DNA of 64,000 bases from Macrostomum lignano. Taxonomy: Eukaryota. The stretch spans positions 35,222 to 99,221 of the forward strand of contig NIVC01001116.1 in assembly GCA_002269645.1 (NCBI GenBank). The letters run 5' to 3'. Below the pieces are notes generated by a model. It saw only the letters and a program-made list of their open reading frames with translations. It was not told the DNA's origin and did not search any database. This document shows, in pieces, positions 12,701-25,100 of the stretch. Both the position numbers and the translations under genes were made by a program. Numbering within the stretch: the first letter of the stretch is position 1; each line of letters begins with the position of its first letter.

Positions 12701-14392
12701 AAGACACTCATAGAGATGTCAGATGTTGCTTCATAGATCTCGAGACACTTAGGTGTTGCTTTAGAGATCTAGAGCCCTCTATAGACACTGCTTTATAAAT
12801 ATATAGATATATATACATATACAAAGTACATATAACATATACATATACATATAATAGATATTGTCCAGAAAATTTATAGATCATCTAATAGATACGATTT
12901 ATTTCTATGTCCAATATTTCTACTACCAGTAGTGTATCGAAAAAATCGTTGATTTTTATCTTCATGTACGTGATATTTCGCTATTTCTACTAAAAGTAAT
13001 TTAATAGTAAAATGCTAGGTAGAAAATGCTACAGACTGCTCAATTTATAACAGAGCACGCACTCACCTGGCAGACTAGGAAATCCAAAGTCGGGAAATTC
13101 CCGCCTCAGCAATTGATGCAGGCTAGCAAAATCTGAGTAGCGATGCGAGCACAGGTGCCTGCCAGCCATGTACACATTGAATACCACGTATTTTTCGTTA
13201 TCCACCTCAATAGCCTGACAGTCAGGAATCGATACGGGCAGGGTTCGCTTGTCCGAATAGTCTATGGCGCTGCCACCCGATGAGGTGTCGCTTGGCTCCA
13301 AGCAGGGGTCGCCGGGCGCGCCGACGCCGCCGCCTCCGAAGCCACCGCCGCTACCGCCGCCGTTAGGCACGGAGATAACGGTTAGAATCAGCTGGTCCCG
13401 TCCGGACTTGATGAGATCCACCACCTGTGTATTGTATTATTGTGTATGGTTATATTTGTTGTAGTAAATTAAGAAACAGAGGGGGCGCCAGATACAGAGG
13501 GGGTATCAGCTACATAAGGGGGGGGCATCAGCTACAGAGGGCATCAGCTACAGAGGGCATCAGCTACAGAGGGGGGCATCAGCTACATAGGGGGGCATCA
13601 GCTACAGAGGGGGCACCAGCTACAAAGGGGGCACCAGCTAGAAAGGGGGCATCAGCTACATAGGGGGGGCATCAGCTACAGAGGGGGGCACCAGCTACAG
13701 AAGGGGGCACCAGCTAGAAAGGGGCATCAGCTACAGAGGGGGGCATCAACTACATAGGGGGGGGCATCAGCTACAGAGGGGGCATCAGCTACATAGGGGG
13801 GGCATCAGCTACAGAGGGGGGCACCAGCTACAGAGGGGGCACCAGCTACAGAGGGGGGCACCAGCTACATAGGGGCATCAGCTACAGAGGGGGGCACCAG
13901 CTACAGAGGGGGCACCAGCTAGAAAGGGGGCATCAGCTACAGAGGGGGCATCAGCTACAGAGGGGGGCACCAGCTACAGAGGGGGGCACCAGCTACAGAG
14001 GGGGGTACCAGCTACGGAGGGGCAGCAGCTACATAGCGGCCATCAGCTACATATGGGGCACTAGCTACAGAGAGATAGAGTAACATGAGAATGCATAAAC
14101 CCTTCACCTGCTTGTGAGTGGAGCCTTCCACATTAACGCCATTCACTTCAATAATTCGATCGCCTTTCAATAACCCAGCCTGGTCAGCAGCGCCGCCCGG
14201 CAGAACAGCGCTAACGTGCTGCAGAGGAGCGAACAGTTCCCCATTGATTGACCTTAATTGTCCGCCCTCAGTGACCTGACCGCGAACGTTAAAACCGAAA
14301 CCCGTGTCGCTTTTATTAATAGCTACAACTCTCGGCCTCAGGCCGCCGCCCCCGCCGGCGCCAGGCCGGAAATCTTCCTCGTCATCCGACAT
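9751..14392 (-). CDS. SNX27: Sorting nexin-27 (PDZ-PX-FERM-like)
   Basis: Five in-frame GT-AG exons: 14108-14392, 13067-13424, 11557-12086, 10624-10854, 9751-9945. [36 protein letters not shown]; [18 protein letters not shown]...[23 protein letters not shown]; FERM-like [11 protein letters not shown]. Confidence 0.96.
10040..10612. repeat. ~35-37-bp degenerate tandem repeat in SNX27 intron 4
   Basis: Unit close to GGAAACCGGAAGTGAGGGATGCTGAAGTTAACAGT. Confidence 0.92.
10990..11550. repeat. 37-bp tandem repeat in SNX27 intron 3
   Basis: Unit GCTACAAAGACCACTGATTAGATACAAAGACCCGAAA. Confidence 0.93.
12170..12800. repeat. 37-bp tandem repeat in SNX27 intron 2
   Basis: Unit TAGATGTTGCTTTATAGATCTAGAGACCCTTAACTTG. 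Confidence 0.92.
13490..14065. repeat. ~18-20-bp G-rich tandem repeat in SNX27 intron 1
   Basis: Unit CAGCTACAGAGGGGGCAY with a variable G-run. Confidence 0.92.
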
Positions 14393-14710
14393 GCAATAAA
14401 AATTTTACAGTTTATTATCATTTGCACTACTCATAGTAGATTAAAATAGTAAAAAATAGTAATATTACGGACTAGGAATAACCACGCCCAAAATGAATTG
14501 AAGCAGATCGGGATCTAGGCATTTTTCTATTCAGAAAAGGACTAACCATTTGCTGATTTTCATTTTTAAGCGTAAATGCGATTTTCAGGGACAAATTAGG
14601 GCGTTGGCAAAGTGCCAAAGTACATTTAAGCACAGCGAGATTATCAAGGTTTGAAATAGGGTCAATTATTCTATAAATCAATGAGCAATGGCACTCCATG
14701 AGATAAATTA

Positions 14711-15060
14711 GAGATTCCTGACAGATGGATTAGTGAGAGATTCCTGACAGATGGATTAGTGAGAGATTCCTGACAGATGGATTAGTGAGAGATTTCTGAC
14801 AGACGGATTAGTGAGAGATTCCTGACAGATGGATTAGTGAGAGATTCCTGACAGATGGATTAGTGAGATGTTCCTGACAGATGGATTAGTGAGAGATTCC
14901 TGACAGACGGATTAGTGAGAGATTCCTGACAGATGGATTAGTGAGAGATTCCTGAAAGATGGATTAGTGAGATGTTCATGACAGATGGATTAGTGAGATG
15001 TTCATGACAGATGGATTAGTGAGATTCCTGACAGATGGATTAGTGAGATTCCTGACAGAT
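14711..15060. repeat. 26-bp tandem repeat upstream of SNX27
   Basis: Unit GAGATTCCTGACAGATGGATTAGTGA. Confidence 0.92.
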
Positions 15061-16007
15061 AGATGACAGATGACACAGCTAAAAACTAACCAGGGGATTT
15101 ACAAAGTCAAAATGACAAAGATTCCCATCTGCTTTCATTCAGCTGCCCGCATGTGCGAGTGTGATGAAAGAAATCTTTGATTAATAATTGATGACTGTTG
15201 ATTCATCTGGTTTAAGAGAGAAAAATGAGCAAATTGTCAGTGAATTTGATTGCTAATGGATAGGTCCGCTGGTCATAAATTATATTCTATCCAGATTTTA
15301 GTTACTAACAAAAAGCGCAATAAATATTTTTTGAGCATTGCGCCAGGGTGCCCACAGCATGTCTGCAAATATTGATTAAAAATAGAATCATTCATCCAAT
15401 CATATCGACTCTTGTCGATTGATCTTGGGTCTGTCAAGAAACTGAGAAAGGAATTTGATGCTTTAAACATTGATAACAAATACAAAAATGGCATAAAAAC
15501 TTGGAAAAGCAACAAACCAACCATATTATAATATCAAGTTGGATAGTGTTGTAGACAGGTCTCTGCCAAAAGGTCTTAAAAGTGAAATTTACCTTTTCAA
15601 AACTGAGATTTTTTCAAATTGTTTTAAATAAATAAAAATGTTTCTAATACTATACACATGATCCCATGGAATGACCTTTTGGTGAAATATTTTTCAAAGC
15701 ACAAAATTTTCTATCATTGCTAGCTTTAATGTCTTATAATTGGCCATAACCTATTACTTTTTTATCATATTCTATATACCATAGTTAAAATCTTTGATAC
15801 TAATTAAAAGTAATTTTTAGAAAGCCTGGCTGGCCCGCAACAATAAAGAAAATTTAATAACCTATTGCCAGAATTGAGGCAACATTACTTGGGCATATCA
15901 GCCCCAAAATAGAACATGGCATTGCAAGCAGTTAATCTGACCTGCTGCTAGCATCAAGCTGATTGGCAAGAATGAGCAAAAGCCCAAATCCAGCAATGGG
16001 ATCAAAG

Positions 16008-16288
16008 CATACATGCGCAACCTCCAAAATTTGGTCAGCCATGCGACTTAGTTTTAACAAAATGCGACATAGTTTTTGGCCAAAATGCGACTTACATGTA
16101 AAAAAACCCTAGCATAAGTAGCGTAAAGCAAAATTAACGCTACTTTGAGTAAACGGCAGGAGTAACTATGACTGTCTTATTAAGTATTTTTTGGGTATTT
16201 TTTGGGTGGGCATTTTTGCGACTTCCTTGTTTGGCCGCCAAATTGGTCGGCCGGATTGGCCAACTCGGCCGACTGTTGCGCATGTATA
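16008..16288. mobile_element. hAT-type MITE family A, copy 1
   Basis: TIR CATACATGCGCAAC / GTTGCGCATGTAT(A); 8-bp TSD GATCAAAG at 16000-16007 and 16289-16296. Confidence 0.88.
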
Positions 16289-18288
16289 GATCAAAGGCCC
16301 CTCAATCAATATTGCCTACGAGACCAATGACAAGCCAAGGAGCAGGAGCCACTATTGTGACTACAAGTACCAGTCAGTTCAGCCTTCTTGGGCTATAGAT
16401 CCCACATCTTAATCTAGCAACAGATACTATAAATGAGTTTGGCGCATTGCAAGCAACTATTTCGAGGCAATGGGGGTCAAGCTAAGCAAAGCGGACAGCC
16501 CCAAAGTAAAGGCACAGAAATCTGCCCATTGCAAGGCCTGCATTCTAAACTCTTTCTCTGCTACAACATTCAACAAATACAAAAACCTGCCCCTATCTGT
16601 GAAACAACTTCGAGACCCGGAATTGGTCATCAAGACTCTATGGGAGCACCTACTTGAGCAAGTGAACATCATTGTTAAGTGCAATTAGTTCTAGACTTGT
16701 TAGCAAAAGGATGGCAAAACATTCTCTAACTATATAATAGAATTAAGAGACTTGATGAGGACTCAGAAAGTCCTCAAAGATCTAGATATGGTAAAATGCC
16801 TACTGGCTCAGCTAAAAATCAGTCTCTCCAAGGCAATTACAATTTGCCAATCTGAAGAAGCATGCGTAAAACAGAGAGACAAAATTTGCAAGTCTTCCAA
16901 TATGCACGCATTGAAAATGTTAGCCTACAAGAAGACAAAGCATCCTGGATTGGCAAAGGGCCAAGCATTCTCTAACAATCCTCAATGTGGCTACTGTGGC
17001 AAGTCCAAAGACTGCGGTGAGCCATGTCTAGCCAAAGACAAAATTTGTTGGCACTGTGATAAGAAAAGGTCACTACAACTGAGTCTGCCATTCAAAGACA
17101 ATGCCAATGCTGATGCTCCATCAAGAGCACCTATAGATTATCTGACTTAACAAGATAGGCTAGCAGAATCAGCAGACTTTTATCTGTCACAATTGCTTAT
17201 CATGATGCTACAAAGTGCGGAACTAGACCCTAGCTTGCGTAGAGTGCAAGAAAACACAGCTATTGATCAGGATCTGCAGGACCTAAAGCAGCACATTACA
17301 GATGGATTTCCAAATGACAAGGCCAATATGCCCAACAATGTGCAACCATTCTAGAATGTGCGCAAAAAGCTTACTATCAAAGATGGGATCATCTTCTGCG
17401 AAAGTCAATGCATTGCGCCATGAGCTTTGAGAAAGCAGGTTCTTATATAGCTACACTCAAGCCACCAAGGAATTACCAAGACAAAACAGAGGGCTAGAAT
17501 GGCCTATACTGGCCAGGCATTGACCGAGACATTGAGAGCACTATAAGACAATATAAGTCATGCCAGGAACACTTCCTGTCACAAGTTAGGGAGCCCATGA
17601 GCACATTAAATCTACCAGAATGATGTTTTCAGCACATTTGCAAATTTCTATGAATATGCCAACAAAAAGTTCTTAGTAATTGTGGATGCCTATTTTGGTT
17701 GGCCATCTCTATGGAACTTTGGTGATTGAGCACCAACTTGTAAACTCATTAATTCATGTCAATAACTTTTCTACTATACATCAGTGCCTGAAAAACTTTG
17801 CTTAGACTTTAGTCCTCAATTTAAAGCAATAACTTTGTTATTTTTTGAGTTGCTGGAGAGTGCAGATTCAACACATATCTCTTTATCATCATCAAAGTAA
17901 TGGCAGAGCTGAGGCTACTGTCAAGAGCATAAAGAAAATTATACGTGAAGCATGGGATGACCGTGCAAATGACATTGACAAAGACAAGTTAGCACAAGGC
18001 TTGCTGCAGCTGCGTAATACTCTGCTGTATGATGGTAGAGTGCCTTCTATTATGATATTTGGACACCCAGTATAGGATACTTTACTAGTTCACCAAAACA
18101 GTTTTGCCAAGGTTTGGAAGGATAAGATCTACAAGATAGCCATAGTCGAGAAGGTGGCACAGTGTGCGCCAGAACTATTTTGATGCCTTTTGAGCACTCT
18201 GCGCCGTGCACCATGAAGAAAAGATTTTGTGCGCCGCAGCGCGCCATGATAAAGTAAGTCTAAGGTAAGGTAAGGTAAGGTAAGGTAT

Positions 18289-19344
18289 TATGGCAGGCGA
18301 GTTGCCACAAAGAATTGATCAGATTTGATGAAATTGAACTTTGGGACATGAACATGGCGCACGTGGAGTTCCCTAGCTTTGCTTTTGCATCACTCCCATT
18401 GCAGTGTGTCTTCGCCCCGTTCCATGTATTTTGTCGCATGTGGCGGGATTTCTCTTTTAATTTTGTTTTTCTTAAGTGTTGGATATGCTGTACCGTCTCA
18501 TGTCCTTCTCCGTGTATTTTTGCCCCAATGCATGTCCACTCCTTGGCCATACTGTGTGGTCCAAGCCCCTTTTGCCTATATAACTCGCAATGAATTTTGC
18601 ATGAGGTTTTATTCTCCCTCTCCCTTCCCCCCTTTTTGTTTGTGTTTTCTTGGCATTTTAAGTTTTGTTTAGGCTTGTGTTTAAGTTTAGTTTTCCTTGT
18701 TTAGAGTCCTTAACGCTTTCTCTTACTTTTATTTCTGGTATCTTATATCTTGTGTTTTCAAGTCACACCCCCATCTTCATCAAAGTCGTTCGTCATTAAT
18801 TAATATTTAACATTTGCTTATTAAGCCTGCTTTAATAAACTTAATTCAACTTAATAAACTTAGTAACTCCAATTTTTCAATATCTATTCAATATCCAAAG
18901 CCATAGTATATCTTAAGTCATTTGCCCGTGGGGTGTAAAATAACCAAGTACTCATCTCAAAGAAAGCTCTGAGACTTATTTGTTCTGTAATACGTAAATT
19001 ATGGTGGTGGCAGCAACTACCCTATTGAAAGTAATCAGCTCGACAACCCTACGCATCAGTTTACGGAGTCAGAAAATCTCCAGTGCTTCATCGCTTTGAA
19101 CGACCGCGCTGCTACACGACTGCTCCGCTACGATACAACTACTCTCCCCCTAGACTTGAGAACCTGGCAGTCGGAGAAAAAGGAGAAATTTTCTTGTTGA
19201 GTTTCATCTGCGCGATTTTCCAGTTTATTCGTGCGAACTCAACGTTTTGGCGGAATTTCAAACAAGGAATCCGCCCTACCTCACTGGTGTCAACAAATTA
19301 TTCAAACCGAGTATTCAAATAATTAATTTCTCCACCCCACCTCA
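18289..19344 (+). repeat. 5' LTR (1056 bp)
   Basis: Direct repeat of 27485-28845; starts TA (TG in the 3' LTR) and ends CCTCA. Confidence 0.9.
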
Positions 19345-19345
19345 C

Positions 19346-19367
19346 TGGTGGTCAGCTAAGTGGGATT
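19346..19367 (+). promoter_or_regulatory. Primer-binding site, tRNA-Leu-like
   Basis: TGGTGGTCAGCTAAGTGGGATT one base after the LTR end; resembles the common gypsy PBS TGGTGTCAGAAGTGGGAT. Confidence 0.6.
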
Positions 19368-19412
19368 ACAAAATGCCGAAACCCCTTCAACGAGTCGTTC
19401 AAGTGCTATACT

Positions 19413-20720
19413 ATGGCTTCAACTACTGATCCAATGGCCGCGGACGCGACAGCTGACACCGCAGGCCCCGACAACTCAATACCACAACCGACCTACAATG
19501 AGATGATTTGGGCGGTGACCAAGGAGGTGCGTCGGCGACTGGAGCAGACAAGCCTGGGCCAGCCGCGACACCATCATCACGTGTATCAGCAGCCCCAGCA
19601 GCCGGATCAAGCTCCAGCGCCGAAGCTGGTCAAGATTCAGTGGTACACGCCCAACCAGGAATTTGACGTCTGGATCAAGGCTCTCGAAGAGCAATGCAAG
19701 CTCAACGGGATCGTTGACAACAGACGAAAGAAGGCGGAGGTCCTAGTGAATTTGGACATCGCCACAGCCTATCCTGCAGTCGTCAGGATGGAACTGCCAG
19801 AGAATCTTACTTTTGGTGAGTTCAAACAACAATTGTCTGAACGTTTCACGCATGTTGCCGACACACTGTAGTACCGGGAGCAATTCTGAAGCTGCCAGCA
19901 AGGCAAGAATGAGAGTGTGGACAACTATGGCGACCGACTAATTGCTCTGGCCAATCGAGCGTTCCCGCATTTTACCCCAGTTCAAAAGCAGGCTGAACTG
20001 GTGGATCAATTCACTGTGGGAGTGCGGATAGCTCAGTTGGCCCAAGAACAGCTCATCCTGGTGCAACCGCCGAATCTGACTGCAGCGAGACGGGCCGTGC
20101 TACGCCTGGAGACAGCAGCTAGTCTGGCTCAGCGTGTAGCACCGCCGCCAGCAACGAGACACGTCCGGGTCCTGGAAGATGACGACAGTCAGACGCCCAC
20201 TGCGGTGCAACACGACGCCAAGTCATCTCGGCCCGAGGAGAACTGGTTGCGTGAGGTCATGGAACAACAAGCTGAGACTCTGCAAGAGCAGCGACGCCTA
20301 TTAGAGACATTGAGCAATGAGATGCGAGAGTTCTACTCGCGGGGATTGCGCAATAACAACGCCCCAGAGCCATGGGAACCTCGTCACCAGCTATGGGACT
20401 CGTGGGGCCAATGCTCCAGATGTTTGGTGCCTTCGACTCCTCCTCGCAGCGCCGACGGAAGCGCTTAGTTTACGACGCCCGGCACACGAATTGTGCAAAA
20501 TGACCAGTTCCAGCAACTTTAGCAACCACGCGATGGCAGCAACCCGCCGCCGAGAACGCCGCCAGCAGGTCAATGTCGACATCAGCAGCTGCAACAGCCG
20601 CAGCAGCCGCAGCAGCAGCGGCCATAGCAGCAACAATCGAGTTTGAGGCCGCCGCCTTATCAGCTGCGGTGGCAGAATGTGATGTGCTACCGGTGCAACC
20701 GCGAGCATTGCGCCAACAAA
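19413..20720 (+). pseudogene. gag: gag with stops and frameshifts
   Basis: ATG at 19413; capsid-like FDVWIKALEEQCKLNG and ESVDNYGDRLIALANRAF; degenerate zinc knuckle CYRCNREH near 20680. Confidence 0.8.
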
Positions 20721-20899
20721 TGCCAGTATCGCGCCCGAGCGAAACAGCAGCTCGGGAAATGGGACGGCTGGACGCAACATCGGGGGCAGCACCATCCAGC
20801 AGCCGAGCCAGCACTAAAGTCCCCGCCGCGGACTTTAGTCGCTCAGCAGGCCACTGCTAAGACCGCCTCCGCCGCACCTGTACAGCCATTTGCACCCAA

Positions 20900-23800
20900 G
20901 CAACCTCGGAGAGACCCGTTTCTAACTGGTGAGATTCAGGGCCGCTATTTTGCTTTTCTGCTTGACACCGGTTCCAAGTGCAAAGTCCTAGGCTTCAGCA
21001 CCTGGCACCGACTATGTACCAACGACCCGACCCTGCATGGCCAAATCGAGCCCTGCCTGTAATGTATCATGACCTACAATAGAGAGCCTATTCAAATGGC
21101 AGGCCAGCTTTCTATTAAAGTAAAGATTGGTAATTTCGAGCCTACAGTCAAGTTTCTGCTAGCGAAGGGGTCGCATGACAACATCCTGGGCTTCAAGTTC
21201 CTGGAGAAGTACAGCAACTCCCTGGATCTCGCTGCCGGGATGCTATTCTTCAAGGACGGCATTGCCGCACCGCTTTGCTACATGCAAACTGAGGCCACCA
21301 CGTGCAGAATCTACACAGCCGAGAGCACTACTGTGCCACCGCTATAATCAGCCTGAATTAAAATTAAGCTAGCAAAAGGACGAGAAGAAAACCAGGGTAT
21401 ACCCGCTATGATTGAGCCGCTAAAACCGGCTTGGCGCGAAGAAGATGTGCAGCATCTGGACGCCGCGCCTGCCCTGATCTCCATGGCTAATGGAGAAGGC
21501 GCTATCGAAATGATTAATCGAGGAACAACATCGATCAAAGTATGAGCGAATGCCTTAGTTGGGATTGCTAGACCTATTAGACTGCCCAAGTTACAGTTCT
21601 TCCCACTGCTGAAGCCAGAAGACTTGGTCAATCAAATCCAAGACAAAGATCCTGATGCTTGGATCAAGGAGATTGACATCAGCAAAGATCTGTCCAGTGA
21701 CCAGCTAGCTCAAGTCATCGAGCTATTGAAGAAGTACAAGACCATCTTCTCTCAGGGGCCACACGATCTCGGCCGAACCCACCTGGTCGCCCACAGTATT
21801 GTGCTAAAGGACATGAATCCGGTGCATCTGCCGACTCGCCGGATCCCGCCGCATCTGCTACCCAAAGTGGACCAGCTACTCGATGATCTGCTGGCCAAAG
21901 GCGTGATTCGACCGAGCTTTTCCAGCTACAACACCCTGCTGGTGATCATCCCAAAGAAGGACGGCAGCCTGCGAATTATGCAAGATTTCCGGAGTCTGAA
22001 TCAAAAGTGCAAGTATTTTCTATACCCGATTCCTAACATCCAAGAAGCATTCGCCAGCCTCGAGGGAAGCCAGCTATTCAGCACATTTGACCTCAATAGC
22101 GGCTACTATCAGATTCTGCTGCATCCAGAAGATCAAGATCTGATTGCCTTTGCTACGCTGCACCGCGGACAATTCGCCTACAACGTCATGCCTATGGGAC
22201 TAAGTTCAGCGCCAGCCAGCTTCATGCACCTCATGAATGCTGTACTCAATGGGATTGCCTACAAAAGTGCAATAGCCTATCTGGATGACGTAATTGTCTA
22301 CTCTAAGAAATTTAACGACCATCTACAACATATGGAAGAAGTTTTCAAATGGGTCCAAGAAGCTAATCTCAAGTTCAAAGGCAAGAAGTGCCATTTATTT
22401 CGGGCAAGTCTAAACTATCTGGGACATATGGTAACAAAAGATGGAATCAAGACTGACCCAGCTAAGATCAAAGCGATTAAAACCTGGCCAAGACCAAGGA
22501 CAGCTCGCCAACTTAAAAGTTTTGTCTGCACGTGCGCTTACTATGCTAAATTTGTACCTGGCTATGCAGAACTTGCTGCTCCGCTCCACAATTTGATTTA
22601 GGAGAAGAAGATCCAAAATTTCAATTGTCTATGGGGAAAAGCCCCGCCAGACGCGTTCGACCAGCTCAAGGCAGCTATGACTTCGACATCAGTGCTCGCG
22701 TATCCGCAGTTCAGCGAAGATCCAAACGTAATATTTGTCCTGGACACGGATGCTTCTGCGACCAGAATCGGAGCCTGCCTAAGCTAAGGCCAAGTGGATG
22801 GAGTTGAGCAACCAATTGGCTATTTCTCCCAGCGACTCAAACCGGCCGAAGCCCATTATCCAATTACCAAGCAAGTGCTCTTGGCAGTCATAGATGGAAT
22901 GCGACATTTCAGATTCTACCTGCTGGCCAAGAAGTTCATCTGCTGAACCGATCATGCCGCTTTAACCTGAATTCTCTGACGAACTCAGCAAGTAGGAATT
23001 TTTGGACGATGGCTACAGCGCCTCAGTGAATTCGAGTTCGAGATCCAGCATTGAAAGTCGAGCCAGCATCAGAACGCCGACGGTCTCTCGCGACGTCCCG
23101 AGGATGACGCCGAATGCATTGAGGAGGCTCAGCGCGAGGCAGCTGATGAGGACCAAAGTAAGCAGCCAGCCGCGATAACTGGCGCAGCGGCGCCGAAGGT
23201 CCCCGACAGCAGCCACCCTAGTCCTCCACCGAGCAAGAAGCAATTGACCCGCTGTCACCGACGAAAGCCGCCGATGAAGCCGAAAGAGTCCGACGGCGAG
23301 GCTATGCCGCCAGCAACATCGACAGCCGACAGCAAGTTGCTGACAATGCTGCACCCGCTAGCGACAAAGCCGAGGCCATCAGCCAGCCATCTGTGAGACT
23401 CTCAGAGGTTGCCCACCAGCTTTAGTAGCACGACATGTTGCCCTTCAAGGAGCCGCCGTCTACTAGCTGGAGGCAACGAGGACAGCGACCACAGCGCAGC
23501 CAACGACGACCGCTGCCAACCCGCTCGCCGTCCTGTATTTAAGAAAGTGAGATTCAGCCTCAACACAGACAGTACTGCTGACTCATCCTTATCTGCTGAT
23601 GAATCTAATGTCAACAATGACGCCCACGCGACCGACGAGGATCGGCCTTCAAATTCTTCACCAACCCTGCAACCGGCCAGAGTAGCAATTATGCGGAGGG
23701 AGCTCCAGACCCCGAACCATGCCGCCACAGCCGAAGCCGCACCGACAAATTCGACTAATCTGACTAACCGACGCCAAACATTGAACTTAACTGATCACAT

Positions 23801-25100
23801 CCCAAGACCAGTCACACGTGAGGAGCTCCAGACCCATCAGCGAGCTGACTCCGCCATCGCGATGATGATCAACCTAATTGAAAGTCAACAACCGAAGCCA
23901 CTGCTAAATCAGCGTTTGAATCTGACGAGAGATGAGAGAAATCTCCTAGCATTCTTTGAGCAATTGGAAGTCCAAGATGACGGACTATTAGTCATTCATC
24001 TTGATGATGTTGGCGAGGAGGATAAAGTGAGGATCGTCTTGCCAAAGAGTCTTGACGCAGCCGTGTTTGCCGACCTGCATGGTTCTCCCTACTGCGGACA
24101 CATGGGCCGAGATCTCACCATTGCGAAAGTGCGCAAAAGATTCTGGCGACCGGCCCTGGCCAAGGCTGTGTCCGACTATGTTGCTTCCTGCCAGACCTGC
24201 ACTCAGAGCAAAGGACAGCGACGCATCCCAGTGCATGTACAATCATTTCTGGTCTGCGAAATCTATGGGCGATGTGCGATCAACATCATGGGCCCCACTG
24301 GAGACCTAACAGACCGAGGCAACAAGTACATACTCACCTACGTCGACACGACGTCAAAGTATCCATTCGCCTTTGCCATGAAGAATCAGCGGGCCAAGAC
24401 AATCATAACTCTGCTGCAGGAACAAGTCTTCCCGATCACTGGAATCCCCACGTGGATCCATTCGGATCAAGGCAAGCAGTTCATTGGGCACAAGTTTTGG
24501 CATTTCTGTGAGGTCTATGGCATCTGACAAACCACAACGCTGCCATACTCGCCCTGGGCCAATGGACAAGCTGAATCGTGCAATAAAAACATCAAGAAGA
24601 TGCTCACTTGTCTCCTCGAAGATCATCAACAGTGGGACAAGATGTTGCCAGCCGCCTTGACAGCCCTGCGATCAGCTGTAAACCACACGACGGGATTCTC
24701 GCCACACTATGTCATCTACAGAGTGCCTTATCGCTATCCGATTGATAATACCCTAGACTGCCTGGACGTATCGCCAGACCTCCCCGAGTATATCGCGAAA
24801 CACCAGCGCAGACTGGCCGAGACTGAGAGGATTATGCGACAACAACTGCGAGCTGAGATCCAACGCCGCGAAGAGTACTACGAGAACCGGCCTAAGCCCG
24901 TGAAAAGCCTGGAGACCTGGTCTGCTTAGCCAACCCAAAGCTTGAGTAGGGCGAATTGCCCAAGTTCCACCGGCCATACAAAAGCATGTACAAGGTCAGC
25001 AAAAAGGTTGGCGAAGTAGCCTACTGGATCCAGCCAGCAACAGCCCGATGTGGATGCCCCGCCAAAATGCTTGTACACCGCAACAACATCATCAAGGTGC
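20900..25100 (+). pseudogene. pol: pol (PR-RT-RNase H-IN) with multiple premature stops
   Basis: PR LLDTGS; RT MPMGLSSAPASF and YLDD; RNase H DTDAS; IN LHGSPYCGH...CQTC, IHSDQGKQF, PYSPWANGQAE; GPY/F-like PKFHRPY. Confidence 0.92.

Noticed and set aside
15160-15215. C/D snoRNA suggested by TGATGA motifs
   Set aside because: No matching CTGA D box or terminal stem found.
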